A DNA stretch of 35,731 nucleotides from a virus (IMGVR_UViG_2713896799_000024:1-35731), one strand, 5' to 3'. Shown: positions 9,213 to 18,904, counted from the first letter of the stretch. Notes: a model not told the origin generated them from the sequence alone. Translations and numbers: made by a program.

Positions 9213-9827
9213 TTACACCTGTGCGACGTTATACCATGTGCCATTGATGTATTTTTGTATTGGCCTGAATACTGCGGGGTCATCACCATCGACTTCACCG
9301 ACAATACCAAGCCCGGTAATTACGTGCCCTGCTTTCTCATACATCACCCCTTTCTGCATGGTCTGGACAACACGTGTGCCAAGTCTGATATCTCTCACAT
9401 AGCGGGAATCAAAGTTACCGTAATCCGAGGGATTAACACGCCCCGTAATATTTATGGTCTTATTACTTTGAATGCTTCCGGAAACAAAGCGCATAACATG
9501 GACGTTATTAGCATAAACATCCAGATTACCATCGCCATTTTGTTTAAATCCGGTGTCGTTATCACCAAGAACAATAGAGTTCCCACCCAACGCGTTATTC
9601 GTGCCAAGTGCCAGCCCGCCATCAATCCTGGCACCATTACCAACAGACACAACTCCTGTTCTTAAGTTGATGCCGAATGGCCTTAATGGCCCAATATCTC
9701 CATTTTCACCCTCATTTTCTCGTGTAGGAATGATATACAGGTTTTCTTCAGAACGGCGAAAAATAGCCCCAAAAGATGAATTAAATATCCTCAGTGCATT
9801 GACTGTAGATATTTTGCGTATTTTCAT
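9213..9827 (-). pseudogene. H: Tail fibre H, 3' fragment separated from the 5' part by an IS21-family insertion
   Basis: 204-aa ORF with G/N-rich beta-strand-like tail-fibre C-terminal sequence; its apparent ATG lies within the IS terminal repeat region and has no RBS; lengths of the two fragments (487+204) approximate intact P2 H. Confidence 0.75.
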
Positions 9828-10007
9828 GAAAGGAGATCACTCAATAACTTCCATCGAGATCGGGTAATAACATTTGAACAGATCGCTGAATAACATCGAT
9901 GGAGATCACTTTTGACTCATTTTGTTATTCAGTGATCTCCATCAATGTTATTGGAACTTCACAGGTGTGTTGATCTGTATCTTTTGCCATTCCGGTAAAG
10001 GATACCT

Positions 10008-11549
10008 ATGCCAACAGTTCCAATTTCTATGAGAAAACTTAAAGAAATTCTTAGGCTTAAATACGGTGTTGGACTCAGCCATCGACAAATTGGTCGTAGT
10101 CTTGCAATCTCCCCTTCCGTTGTATCCAGATATGCTAATCGGGCGGCTCAACTTGGCATAAAGCAGTGGCCCTTACCTACAGGATGGGATGATACAAAAC
10201 TAAAACATGCGTTCCTTCAGACCCAGGTTAAGATGAAGAAGCACTCTCTGCCTGACTGGGCTACAGTACACCGGGAACTGCGTAATAAATGCGTGACGCT
10301 GCAGCTACTCTGGGAAGAATACTGTGAGCGTAATCCAGGCGGTTTTTACAGCTATAACCATTACTGCCGGATGTACCGTGAATGGCTCAAAACCACTTCA
10401 CCATCAATGCGTCAGGTACATAAAGCTGGCGAAAAACTTTTCGTTGATTACTGTGGACCTACCGTTGGCGTTACCGACCCTGAGACCGGAGAAATAAGAA
10501 CTGCTCAGGTCATCGTAGCTGTTCTCGGGGCATCAAGTTACACATGGGCAGAGGCCACCTGGTCTCAGCAGCTTGAAGACTGGGTGATGAGTCATGTTCG
10601 CTGCTTCCAGTGGTTGGGTGGCGTTCCTGAACTTGTTGTTCCGGACAATCTGAAAAGCGCCACATCCAGGGCATGTAAGTATGATCCTGACGTTAACCCT
10701 ACCTACCAGCAGATGCTTGAGCATTATAATGTCGCAGTTTTGCCTGCGCGGCCACGTAAACCGAAAGATAAAGCCAAAGCTGAAGTTGGCGTTCAGGTTG
10801 TTGAACGCTGGATCATGGCCCGAATCAGGCATGAGATCTTCTACAGCCTTGCATCGCTTAATCAGCGCATTCGGGAGTTGCTGGAAAGACTGAATAACAA
10901 AATAATGCAGAAGTTGGGTTATTCACGTGCAGAACTCTTCATCCAGCTTGATAAACCCGCACTGAAGCCTCTTCCTGAAGCCAGTTACAGTTACACCCTG
11001 GTGAAGAAAGTCAGAGTTCATGCCGATTACCACGTGGAAATCGACAAACATTACTACTCGGTTCCATGTTCGCTGTTAGGCCAGCAACTGGAAGCATGGA
11101 TCTCCGGAGAACTGGTAAGACTCTTCAATCAGGGGCAGGAGGTTGCTGTGCACCCGCGCAAGCGTACTTATGGCTACAGTACCCGCAACGAGCACATGCC
11201 TGAAGCTCATCGACAGCATGCCACCTGGACGCCAGAGCGTCTTCTGGAATGGGCGGGGCACATAGGCAGTGAAACTCATAGTTATGTGCTTCATATACTG
11301 AACTCTCGTCCACATCCGGAACAAAGCTATCGCTTCTGCCTTGGACTCCTGAACCTTCATAAAAAATACAGTAAAGCCAGACTTAATGCAGCATGTGCAA
11401 GAGCTCTGAAAACAAAGGTATGGCGTCTGTCAGGTATTAAATCGATCCTGGAAAAAGGTCTGGATAAACAACCTGTTCAGGATCCAAAACCAGATCTGTT
11501 ATCCACGATGGAACACGAAAACGTACGCGGCAGTGAGTATTACCACTGA
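10008..11549 (+). CDS. istA: IS21-family transposase IstA
   Basis: 513-aa ORF with N-terminal HTH region (LSHRQIGRSLAISPSVVSRY) and central DDE integrase-like region characteristic of IstA. Confidence 0.85.
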   Translation: MPTVPISMRKLKEILRLKYGVGLSHRQIGRSLAISPSVVSRYANRAAQLGIKQWPLPTGWDDTKLKHAFLQTQVKMKKHSLPDWATVHRELRNKCVTLQLLWEEYCERNPGGFYSYNHYCRMYREWLKTTSPSMRQVHKAGEKLFVDYCGPTVGVTDPETGEIRTAQVIVAVLGASSYTWAEATWSQQLEDWVMSHVRCFQWLGGVPELVVPDNLKSATSRACKYDPDVNPTYQQMLEHYNVAVLPARPRKPKDKAKAEVGVQVVERWIMARIRHEIFYSLASLNQRIRELLERLNNKIMQKLGYSRAELFIQLDKPALKPLPEASYSYTLVKKVRVHADYHVEIDKHYYSVPCSLLGQQLEAWISGELVRLFNQGQEVAVHPRKRTYGYSTRNEHMPEAHRQHATWTPERLLEWAGHIGSETHSYVLHILNSRPHPEQSYRFCLGLLNLHKKYSKARLNAACARALKTKVWRLSGIKSILEKGLDKQPVQDPKPDLLSTMEHENVRGSEYYH

Positions 11550-11560
11550 TACGGGATCCA

Positions 11561-12310
11561 ATGATGAATCATCTTTACGAACAACTGACCGCACTTAAAC
11601 TCACCGGCTTCCGTGATGCGCTTAAAAAGCAACTTGCTCAGCCGGGCACATACCAGGAGCTGGGCTTCGAAGAACGCCTGTCATTACTGACAGCAGAAGA
11701 ACTAACCTGCCGTGAAAACAGGAAGGCAGAGCGTCTGATCAAACATGCACGGTTCAGACTTAATGCTGAGTTATCAAAGCTGGATTATCGTAACAATAGA
11801 GGGCTGGACAGGGCCCTCATCCGTTCACTCAGTCAGGGAAACTGGTTAACCCTGAAACAAAATATTTTACTGACCGGGGCCACCGGCAGCGGTAAAACGT
11901 TCCTGGCATGTGCACTTGGTCATAATGCCTGCCGACAGGGATACAAGGTCTACTATTATCGCCTTAAAGCGCTGATGGAACAGTGCTATCAGGGGCATGC
12001 TGATGGAAGATACAGCAAACTTTTGACCAGGCTGAATAATAGCGATCTGCTGCTTCTGGATGACTGGGGGCTGGAACCTCTCTCATCAGAACAGCGTAGC
12101 GACCTGCTGGAAATAGTGGATCTGATGTACCAACGAGGCTCAATCATCGTAGTGAGCCAGTTGCCGGTGGAAAACTGGTACAAAATGATCGGAGACTCCA
12201 CACATGCGGATGCCATCCTAGATCGACTGGTTCATGGCAGTATCAAGATCGAACTTAAAGGAGAATCAATGCGGAAAATACAATCTCCGTTGACCGAAGG
12301 AGATCAGTGA
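11561..12310 (+). CDS. istB: IS21-family helper ATPase IstB
   Basis: 249-aa ORF with Walker A LLTGATGSGKTFLA and Walker B LLLLDDWG; immediately downstream of istA. Confidence 0.88.
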   Translation: MMNHLYEQLTALKLTGFRDALKKQLAQPGTYQELGFEERLSLLTAEELTCRENRKAERLIKHARFRLNAELSKLDYRNNRGLDRALIRSLSQGNWLTLKQNILLTGATGSGKTFLACALGHNACRQGYKVYYYRLKALMEQCYQGHADGRYSKLLTRLNNSDLLLLDDWGLEPLSSEQRSDLLEIVDLMYQRGSIIVVSQLPVENWYKMIGDSTHADAILDRLVHGSIKIELKGESMRKIQSPLTEGDQ

Positions 12311-12380
12311 AGGTAATTTAAAAACGGTTCTGTGAAAGTGACACGAACCGATCTCCATCGATGTTACTCACCGATCTCCT

Positions 12381-13844
12381 TCACGGTAATACGCATATTT
12401 TTACTTCACTGCTGAAAAGGGCTTTAACAAGAACATACAGAGCATCCCATTTAAGATTCATCAGGTCTTTTGTTGTGGTGCTCTGGCGACTTCTCCATTT
12501 GAAATATTCATTGCCGTTGTCACCTGTTTCAAACCACATATATGAATCAGTATCGCTGTCGGCATCATTTTTAAATCCAATCTTTGCCCAGTCAGTATTT
12601 CGAATCCAGGCAAGGATTGAGTCGTTTTCAAAAGTAAGCCCACCGGACAAGGTATCGCCATTCTTTTGCACCGCGTTCCTGGCCCTGTTTACCGTTTCCT
12701 GCAAACCGAGGTATTCGATAACGGCAGTAACGGTCGCTTTGGCAAGAATATCCCGTCCGACTTTTGTCAGGGTTGCCAGGCTGGCAACATCATTCCCCGT
12801 AAAATACGGAAACCTGTCTGCCGCAGTAGCAAGCCCCGCCAGCGCCGTCAGGGTAGCATCTTTCGGTTGCTTACCCGCAAGCGCATTAGTCATGGTGGTA
12901 GCAAAATTCGGGTCATTGCCCAGCGCCGCCGCCAGCTCGTTCAGCGTATTCAGTGCGTCAGGCGACGAGTCTACAAGGGCGGCAATCGCGGCCATAACGA
13001 AAGCCGTGTTTGCGATCTGAGTATTATTCGTTCCCTGTCGCGCAGTTGGCGTCGTTGGCGTTCCGGTCAGTGCAGGGCTGTTTAATGGCGCTTTTTTGTT
13101 CGTTTCATCCATTACCGTCTTAACGGCTTTTGGTGTTGCGGCGAGCGTTTCAGACGTGCTGTTGGTGGCACTACTGAGCTGGACAAGGCCTTTTCGCGCT
13201 GTGGTGGCGTCCTGTGCGGTATATTTCCCGTTAGCCAGGTCATACGCGGCCTTTACCGCTTTCGGCGTTGCGGCCAGTGTTTCAGACGTGCTGTTGGTCG
13301 CACTGCTTAACTGAGTAAAACCTTTTGCGGTCAGCGAGGCGTCCGGGTGACGTCGTGACTGTTCGTGCTCTGCAATTTTGTCATCAACGTAATCTTGCGT
13401 CGCCATCACCGTTGTGGTGTCAATGGTCAGCTCCACTGAGGCCACACTGCTGACGATGATGACCATGCGGCAGGTCTGCGAACGCCCTGAGCCTTCGGCA
13501 AGGGCAGGTTTATAACTTTCGGCCATGTTCGCCACGGCAATTAACGTTCCCGCATCATCGTACAGGCCAAGCTCCCGCATCCAGAAACCGCCCACCTCCG
13601 GCGGAATAATCAGCTCTGCGATAATATAATTACTGTTTCGTTTGTCCTGGCTGATTTTATTCAGCGCATGTCGCCAGACTTCATGGATAAGCCCGGTCTG
13701 TCCGGCATCCGGGACAGGCAATTTACCACCGCCATCCCCGACGGCCATCGTGGTAATGTTGACCTTTCGCCCTCCCGGCGCGGTTGCCGCTGCCAGCTTT
13801 GCTGCACCGGCAGTGGTGATAACGGTTTTGAATTTTGTGCTCAT
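12381..13844 (-). pseudogene. H: Tail fibre H, 5' fragment; reading frame runs into the IS21-family element and terminates
   Basis: 487-aa ORF starting MSTKFKTVITTAGAAKLAAA (P2 gpH N-terminus); last residues (KICVLP-stop) are encoded by the IS terminal repeat. Confidence 0.85.
13119..13330 (-). repeat. Tandem duplication inside H (two ~80-bp homologous units, period 132 bp), encoding repeated QLSSATNSTSETLAATPKAVK
   Basis: Near-identical nucleotide blocks at ~13119-13198 and ~13251-13330; the repeat is visible in the protein and in the antisense ORF 13096-13314. Confidence 0.8.
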
Positions 13845-13854
13845 TATTCCTCAC

Positions 13855-14385
13855 TTATCCGGGGTAAACCGTAATTACATCGCCGTCATAAGCCACACCA
13901 CCGGCGAACAGATAGCCGGGAATATCCCGGGTAATGTTCAGGCCAATAAGGTGGCGGCTTGCAGGTTTGGCATCGGCAATCAGCCGTTCCATTTCCTGAT
14001 ACATTGCCTCTGTGATGCCGCTTTCCAGTACACCAATATCAAGCCGGAAGGTGCCGGGCGGGTCACTGTTTTCCCACCACTCTGTCACGTTGATGAGATA
14101 GCCGAGCGGCTCCACCACACGCCGGATTGCACCTATTGTGCCTTTATGACAGTGGATGAAATACGCATCGCGGATAATGGCGCGTTTTGTCGCTTCCGGC
14201 CACTTTTCATCCCACCTGTCGACCGAAAACGCCCACGCCAGCCACGGCAGCAGATTTGCCGGACAGGTGTCTGGGTTCCACAGCTCACGAATACTGACCG
14301 GCGTTTTTTCAATTTCCGCACAGGCTTTTGCGGCGGCGACCTCAAGCGGTGATGAGCCGGTCGGCAGCAGTCGCGAATCACTCAT
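13855..14385 (-). CDS. I: Baseplate/tail protein I
   Basis: 176-aa ORF, overlaps J stop, position between J and H. Confidence 0.88.
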   Translation of the reverse strand: MSDSRLLPTGSSPLEVAAAKACAEIEKTPVSIRELWNPDTCPANLLPWLAWAFSVDRWDEKWPEATKRAIIRDAYFIHCHKGTIGAIRRVVEPLGYLINVTEWWENSDPPGTFRLDIGVLESGITEAMYQEMERLIADAKPASRHLIGLNITRDIPGYLFAGGVAYDGDVITVYPG

Positions 14386-15286
14386 CCGAGCCTCCGGTCA
14401 CGACGCGGTATTCGGTACAGAAAGACGCCTGCGTACTGTTGAGCACGATGTCGGCCAGTGGTGCAGCCAGTTCGACACGCTGCACACCTTCCACATGCAA
14501 AGCGGCATAAATGGCAGACAGACGGATGTCACGCCCCAGCCGGTGCTGTGCCGTGATATACGCTTCCAGTTTTTTCACGGCGGCAGCGCGAATGGGTTCG
14601 CTTTCGGGACCAGGGTAAAGATACAGCGTGGCGTTTATCTGGTATTCAACGATGGCGGCAGACTGCACGGTCACGCGGTCGGCCACCGGCCTGACGTCCT
14701 CGCCATTAAGGGCGTTACGCACCACGGCCAGCAGGTCTTCGGATGCGACACCGTTATTTTCACGTGACAGCACAGAGATGGTGACGCAGGCCGGAGACGG
14801 ACTGGTGACAGAGATATCCGCGACACGCCCGTCGGCACTGCGACCATGATACTGATAGGCACCCACCGACCCGGCGACGCTTAAGCCCTCAAACGCCTGC
14901 TGAATACGCAGACGATAATCGGTGTCAGACTCCATCACTGCCGGTGTCGGCGGAATGGTCGAATCATCTGCCGGGGTGATAGTCAGGCGCGTGGTGTTGT
15001 AATTGGCACCAATCACATCAAGGTCATTACCGGCTGCACAGGCCAGCATCACCGCCCGTGCAGCCTCATTCACACGCTGACGCCAGATAAGCTCACGATA
15101 AGCATTTTCCTCCAGCAGTTTGACGAGAGGCTCAGATTCCAGTGTCAGGGTACGGGCGACCGCCTCCTGCTGGTCTTCCGGGTAAAGGGAAATCAGTGTC
15201 GCCTTGCGTTCGGCAAGAATGGTTTCAAAGTCCAGCTCCTCGACCACATCCGGTGCGGGTAGCTGGTTCAGGTCGATAATCGGCAT
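14378..15286 (-). CDS. J: Baseplate assembly protein J
   Basis: 302-aa ORF, baseplate J family, P2 order W-J-I. Confidence 0.9.
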   Translation of the reverse strand: MPIIDLNQLPAPDVVEELDFETILAERKATLISLYPEDQQEAVARTLTLESEPLVKLLEENAYRELIWRQRVNEAARAVMLACAAGNDLDVIGANYNTTRLTITPADDSTIPPTPAVMESDTDYRLRIQQAFEGLSVAGSVGAYQYHGRSADGRVADISVTSPSPACVTISVLSRENNGVASEDLLAVVRNALNGEDVRPVADRVTVQSAAIVEYQINATLYLYPGPESEPIRAAAVKKLEAYITAQHRLGRDIRLSAIYAALHVEGVQRVELAAPLADIVLNSTQASFCTEYRVVTGGSDE

Positions 15287-15290
15287 GGTT

Positions 15291-15638
15291 TCAACTCACA
15301 GGGATGGTTAACGAAAGTGGCTGGCCGGTGTCGTTGTGCTGGCCGGTTAACGTGACCGTCATTCGCCCGTCAAAGCTGCGCGCCGTGGTGACGGATGACA
15401 GGGTGACGCGGGGTTCCCATTTCAGCACCGCCATGTAACAGGCGACCTTAATCTGCAACTCAAGCGCCGGGGTCTGCGGCTGGTCAATCATTGATGCCAG
15501 CAACGAGCCGTAATCACGACGCATCACCCGTGAGCCGACCGGTGTACGCAGGATATCGCCGATACTCTGGCTGATATGCTCAAGGTCAGTGACAGTCAGG
15601 CCATCACTGCGATTCATTCCGAGATAACGCGCTGTCAT
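15291..15638 (-). CDS. W: Baseplate protein W (gp25-like)
   Basis: 115-aa ORF between V and J. Confidence 0.88.
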   Translation of the reverse strand: MTARYLGMNRSDGLTVTDLEHISQSIGDILRTPVGSRVMRRDYGSLLASMIDQPQTPALELQIKVACYMAVLKWEPRVTLSSVTTARSFDGRMTVTLTGQHNDTGQPLSLTIPVS

Positions 15639-16270
15639 AAAGGACTCCCGGTTGTGCCACCGCTGTCGCCGGGGTGTTTATGGGTATGCAGTACCTTACC
15701 GTTTGATGAGAGTTCACCGCCGGTATGTTCAATGTTGCCGCGCATCGTCCCGCCCTTCTGCACTTCCAGCGTGCCGATAATCAGCCTGTTGGTGCAGACC
15801 ACCTCCGGGGTGTCCAGGGTGACGCGGGTTGATGCTTTCACCATGACCACCGGCACCGTGGCAGTAACAGAATCAGAGGCCGTCACGCTGGCCGTTTTAA
15901 TTCCGCTTACCGTAAGTGCACTGGTTTCGGGTTCATATTCAATCACCGCCCCGTCAGGGAAACGGATATGCAGGGCATCCGCCGACGCAGACGGCGCGGG
16001 GTTATCGCCGGAATAAATCCCCGGCAGAACGAACGCCGTGTCGAGTTCACCGCCCACGGCCAGAATCAGCACCTGTTCCCCCACGGAAGGTGCCCACCAT
16101 GTGCGCGAACGCCCGGCGCGATGGGTCAGCCACTGAAGCCAGTCGGTGCACATGCCGCCGGTCTGCACACGGCAGCGACCGGCGTTAAGGTCGGTTTCGA
16201 CGACAAGGCCGGTACGAATCATGTTGCGCAGTGCGCGCGCGAGTTCCTGAATATTTGCGAGAGTGTTCAT
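15635..16270 (-). CDS. V: Baseplate spike/assembly protein V
   Basis: Translation from MNTLANIQELARALRNMIRTGLVVETD... (211 aa); the upstream in-frame extension to 16315 is rejected because it abuts the late-promoter dyad. No clear SD before either candidate start. Confidence 0.85.
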   Translation of the reverse strand: MNTLANIQELARALRNMIRTGLVVETDLNAGRCRVQTGGMCTDWLQWLTHRAGRSRTWWAPSVGEQVLILAVGGELDTAFVLPGIYSGDNPAPSASADALHIRFPDGAVIEYEPETSALTVSGIKTASVTASDSVTATVPVVMVKASTRVTLDTPEVVCTNRLIIGTLEVQKGGTMRGNIEHTGGELSSNGKVLHTHKHPGDSGGTTGSPL

Positions 16271-16317
16271 AACGGGAAGGATGCCGCCAAGAAAGCAGCA
16301 CGGCAAACCTCCCATTA

Positions 16318-16335
16318 TGTACTATAGCTGACACA
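16318..16335 (-). promoter_or_regulatory. Candidate Ogr-dependent late promoter dyad (P_V), TGT-N12-ACA
   Basis: tgtactatagctgacacaACAG: perfect TGT-N12-ACA with the ACAACAG core shared with 6675 and 24279; located between the S-V cargo gene and V. Confidence 0.6.
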
Positions 16336-16352
16336 ACAGCATATTTTGTGTG

Positions 16353-17879
16353 TTATTCCTCATTCTCTTTTCCATTTAAGAGCATTCTTTTTTCACATAT
16401 TTTTTCAACAAGCAAGTTTGCAAATGTATCTAGCTGTGCGTATATATCCTCACTAGGATTTATGGTAAAACCTCCAATGCCATTGGCAGTATCAAACATG
16501 CCAACAGGTGCATCACTATATCTTAAAGGAATAACACACCCATCACCAAATCTATCCCTAAATGTATCACCTTCAAATTTGCACCATATTCTAGTTGGAT
16601 AATCCCTACTCAAAAACGGAATTACAAAAACAGACTCACTCCTATAAATTGGAGCAAGATATTGTTCTACATCTTCAGAAAGTATTCTGGCCTGCTCATT
16701 GAAATCATAAAAAACAGATAACTCATTCTCAATCAGCTTTTGATTTAAATATTCCGCATGATTTCTATTAGCTCCAGCAAATGATAAAGCAAAGTCATAT
16801 TTCGACTTAAACTCAAATGATGTGAACCCTATCTTCTCCGCAAGCTTGCTCCATAACAAATTCTTTATATAATAATAAAACTTGGGATCTTCGATTGAAA
16901 TCTCCGTAGTTTCATCATTATAATGAATAACATCCGAAAAATCAGGATTGCTCTCATAATGCGTTTTTAAATGGCCTCGCGTCAGAATTTGCCCAACGCT
17001 ATTACGATGATTAGGATTGTTAATTAAATAACTTGTCAAATTTAAAGAACGCTCATCTTCTTTAGATAACCAATATAAAACGTGGAGATATGGAGCTCTA
17101 CTACCCTTTTTAACCCGCTGGCCTTTCACAAAGCGAACGACTATATCATTGAATCTATAGCTAAGATCCTGAATCACTGTTTCTTTAAGTGATTCATAGC
17201 TAATATTTGTTTCCCGAGGAGATTCTAACTCTTCTGTGATATCAGCCTGTAAACAAGCATTATAAGCCAACATTTGCGCCAGATGAAATGCCCCATCCGA
17301 GTCCTTTACAATATCTTCTTTTACATTTAGTTTGAAATTAAGCGCATTCTCACCTTTTTCTAGCAACTCCCTGACCTTATATTCCGGATTGGACTCAAAT
17401 TTAACAATGGAGATTCGATTTAGTAAATCCGGTGATAAATCAATCAGTGATTTGCCTGTTTTATTTATACCTATAATAATCAACTTAGAATCTAAGGGTT
17501 GTTCATCCGCTAAATTTTTCAGCAAGTCAGATATTTTATGCTTCAACTCATCATCTAACTTATGAAAATCATCAATAATCACCCCACCGAAACCACTCGT
17601 TGTTATTATATTTTCAATCTGGGCTTTATCTTCCTTTTTCCTTCCAGACAATACTTTAAACTCTTTAATTATCCGACTACTGGTCTCGAATTTTAACTTT
17701 TCAATAACCTGTCTTACGCAAGTCGTCTTCCCTATACCTGATGGCCCTTCAATAATTACCCCTCTTCCCGCTGTTCTTATCGACACATAGAGGTGTTTAT
17801 ACTCGTTAGGTTCAACAAAAGTAATTGTCGGGATACCCGAAAGTTTAAAGACATCTTCTAAATACACTGGTTCGCGCAT
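16353..17879 (-). CDS. Cargo gene between S and V: P-loop NTPase (N-terminal) fused to TIR domain (C-terminal), 508 aa; candidate single-gene anti-phage defence protein
   Basis: Walker A GPSGIGKTT, Walker B GGVIIDDFHKLD; C-terminal YDFALSFAGANRNHAEYL...SVFYD...SVFVIPFLSRDYPTRIWCKFEG matches the TIR fold signature, including the WC..E glutamate that is catalytic in TIR NADases. AAGGGA RBS before ATG; visibly AT-rich. Confidence 0.8.
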   Translation of the reverse strand: MREPVYLEDVFKLSGIPTITFVEPNEYKHLYVSIRTAGRGVIIEGPSGIGKTTCVRQVIEKLKFETSSRIIKEFKVLSGRKKEDKAQIENIITTSGFGGVIIDDFHKLDDELKHKISDLLKNLADEQPLDSKLIIIGINKTGKSLIDLSPDLLNRISIVKFESNPEYKVRELLEKGENALNFKLNVKEDIVKDSDGAFHLAQMLAYNACLQADITEELESPRETNISYESLKETVIQDLSYRFNDIVVRFVKGQRVKKGSRAPYLHVLYWLSKEDERSLNLTSYLINNPNHRNSVGQILTRGHLKTHYESNPDFSDVIHYNDETTEISIEDPKFYYYIKNLLWSKLAEKIGFTSFEFKSKYDFALSFAGANRNHAEYLNQKLIENELSVFYDFNEQARILSEDVEQYLAPIYRSESVFVIPFLSRDYPTRIWCKFEGDTFRDRFGDGCVIPLRYSDAPVGMFDTANGIGGFTINPSEDIYAQLDTFANLLVEKICEKRMLLNGKENEE

Positions 17880-17909
17880 ATATTCCCTTTAAGATTAGTG
17901 TAAAAAGAT

Positions 17910-17945
17910 GATCTATAATATTTTTTTTCGCTATTTTCAAGTCAA
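17910..17945 (-). promoter_or_regulatory. Candidate sigma70-like promoter for the ATPase-TIR gene
   Basis: Minus strand reads TTGACT (plus 17940-17945), 16-19 bp spacer, AATATT/TATTAT (plus ~17915-17923), about 35 bp upstream of the ATG; AT-rich context. Confidence 0.4.
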
Positions 17946-17994
17946 CAAGCGATTGCCCCCCTAATGATTTCACCAATGATGATTAACTATGTTT

Positions 17995-18444
17995 TTATTC
18001 TAGATGGTTAGAGATAATCCCTTCAATCATCTGCACATCCTCACCGGTAAAGCCGAGCAGAGGACGCGCCGGATAATCAATTTTCTTACCGTCTTTCCGG
18101 TTTTCTTCCGACAGACCGAACTGATGCACACTGGCGATTTTCGGTGACTTTCCGCCGTAAAACTCCATTGATGCCTGTTCCGGGCTGGCGCGGATATGCA
18201 AAAAACGACTGGTGATAAGTTTCGCAAACATTTTTCGTTTAACGCGACCGGTCTTTTTTCTGGCGCTCTGCTGCTGGCGTGGTGCGTAGGGTGTGCCGTC
18301 CGGGGCTTTCTGTGCCATCACCCGACGCTGCTGACTCTGACGCAGACGTTTCGCCAGTTCGGCACTCAGTCGCCGACGCCCTGACGGTGACAGCGACTCA
18401 ATCAGTCCGGTCAGCCGGTCTTCAAAACGCTTAAACTCATTCAT
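17995..18444 (-). CDS. S: Tail completion protein S
   Basis: 149-aa ORF MNEFKRFEDRLTGLIESL..., overlaps R stop. Confidence 0.88.
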   Translation of the reverse strand: MNEFKRFEDRLTGLIESLSPSGRRRLSAELAKRLRQSQQRRVMAQKAPDGTPYAPRQQQSARKKTGRVKRKMFAKLITSRFLHIRASPEQASMEFYGGKSPKIASVHQFGLSEENRKDGKKIDYPARPLLGFTGEDVQMIEGIISNHLE

Positions 18445-18904
18445 CCCACTTGCTCACCAGTTCGCCATTGATATAAAGCTCCATCGGGCGGGTGACCGGC
18501 TCCGGCGGCGGGGGTTCCGGGATATTCTTCACATGCAGTGCGCCGTCCACCTCACTGACCAGCGTGCGCTCGGTCAGCATCAGGCTGATGCTGATATCAA
18601 AGCTGCTGTCATTGTTGATGTCTGCATAAAACGTGAAGCCCTTTTTCTGGCCTTCGTCGGTGGTCATGATGTCGGGCTGATTTTCCCGCAGCCACGCCAG
18701 CACCGGCACGATGAGCAGGTCAAAATCACCGGTAAAGTCGGTCACAATGACATTGAGCGTGTAACGCTTTTCGAATGACAACGACGTCGCCAGTGTGGAG
18801 GCAATACTCCCGTTATCCACGAATATCCGCAGCATCTCGGGACTGGTTTTCAGCACCGTGACGGCATCAGTCAGCGCCCTGCGCAGGCTGTCGGGTTTGA
18901 GCAT
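18437..18904 (-). CDS. R: Tail completion protein R
   Basis: 155-aa ORF downstream of the lysis cassette. Confidence 0.88.
   Translation of the reverse strand: MLKPDSLRRALTDAVTVLKTSPEMLRIFVDNGSIASTLATSLSFEKRYTLNVIVTDFTGDFDLLIVPVLAWLRENQPDIMTTDEGQKKGFTFYADINNDSSFDISISLMLTERTLVSEVDGALHVKNIPEPPPPEPVTRPMELYINGELVSKWDE

Larger units (their letters stand above)
9803..12408 (+). mobile_element. IS21-family insertion sequence (istA-istB) inserted in gene H; boundaries approximate
   Basis: Two-gene IstA/IstB arrangement; both ends carry inverted copies of the block TGAA(A)GGAGATC...CATCGA(T)GGAGATC and an outer GCGTATT block (left about 9803-9910, right about 12340-12408). No unambiguous target-site duplication identified by eye. 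Confidence 0.75.

Noticed and set aside
9201-9665. 154-aa plus-strand ORF
   Set aside because: Antisense to the H 3' fragment; the tail-fibre reading frame on the minus strand is the biologically coherent one.
9213-9827. 204-aa ORF as an independent intact tail-fibre gene
   Set aside because: Its ATG lies inside the IS terminal repeat and lacks an RBS, and the upstream H fragment ends inside the same IS; it is better explained as the 3' part of the disrupted H.
15635-16315. Extended 226-aa version of V starting MGGLPCCFLGG
   Set aside because: The extension runs to within 3 bp of the P_V dyad (16318-16335), leaving no room for a promoter; the MNTLANIQ start matches P2 gpV.
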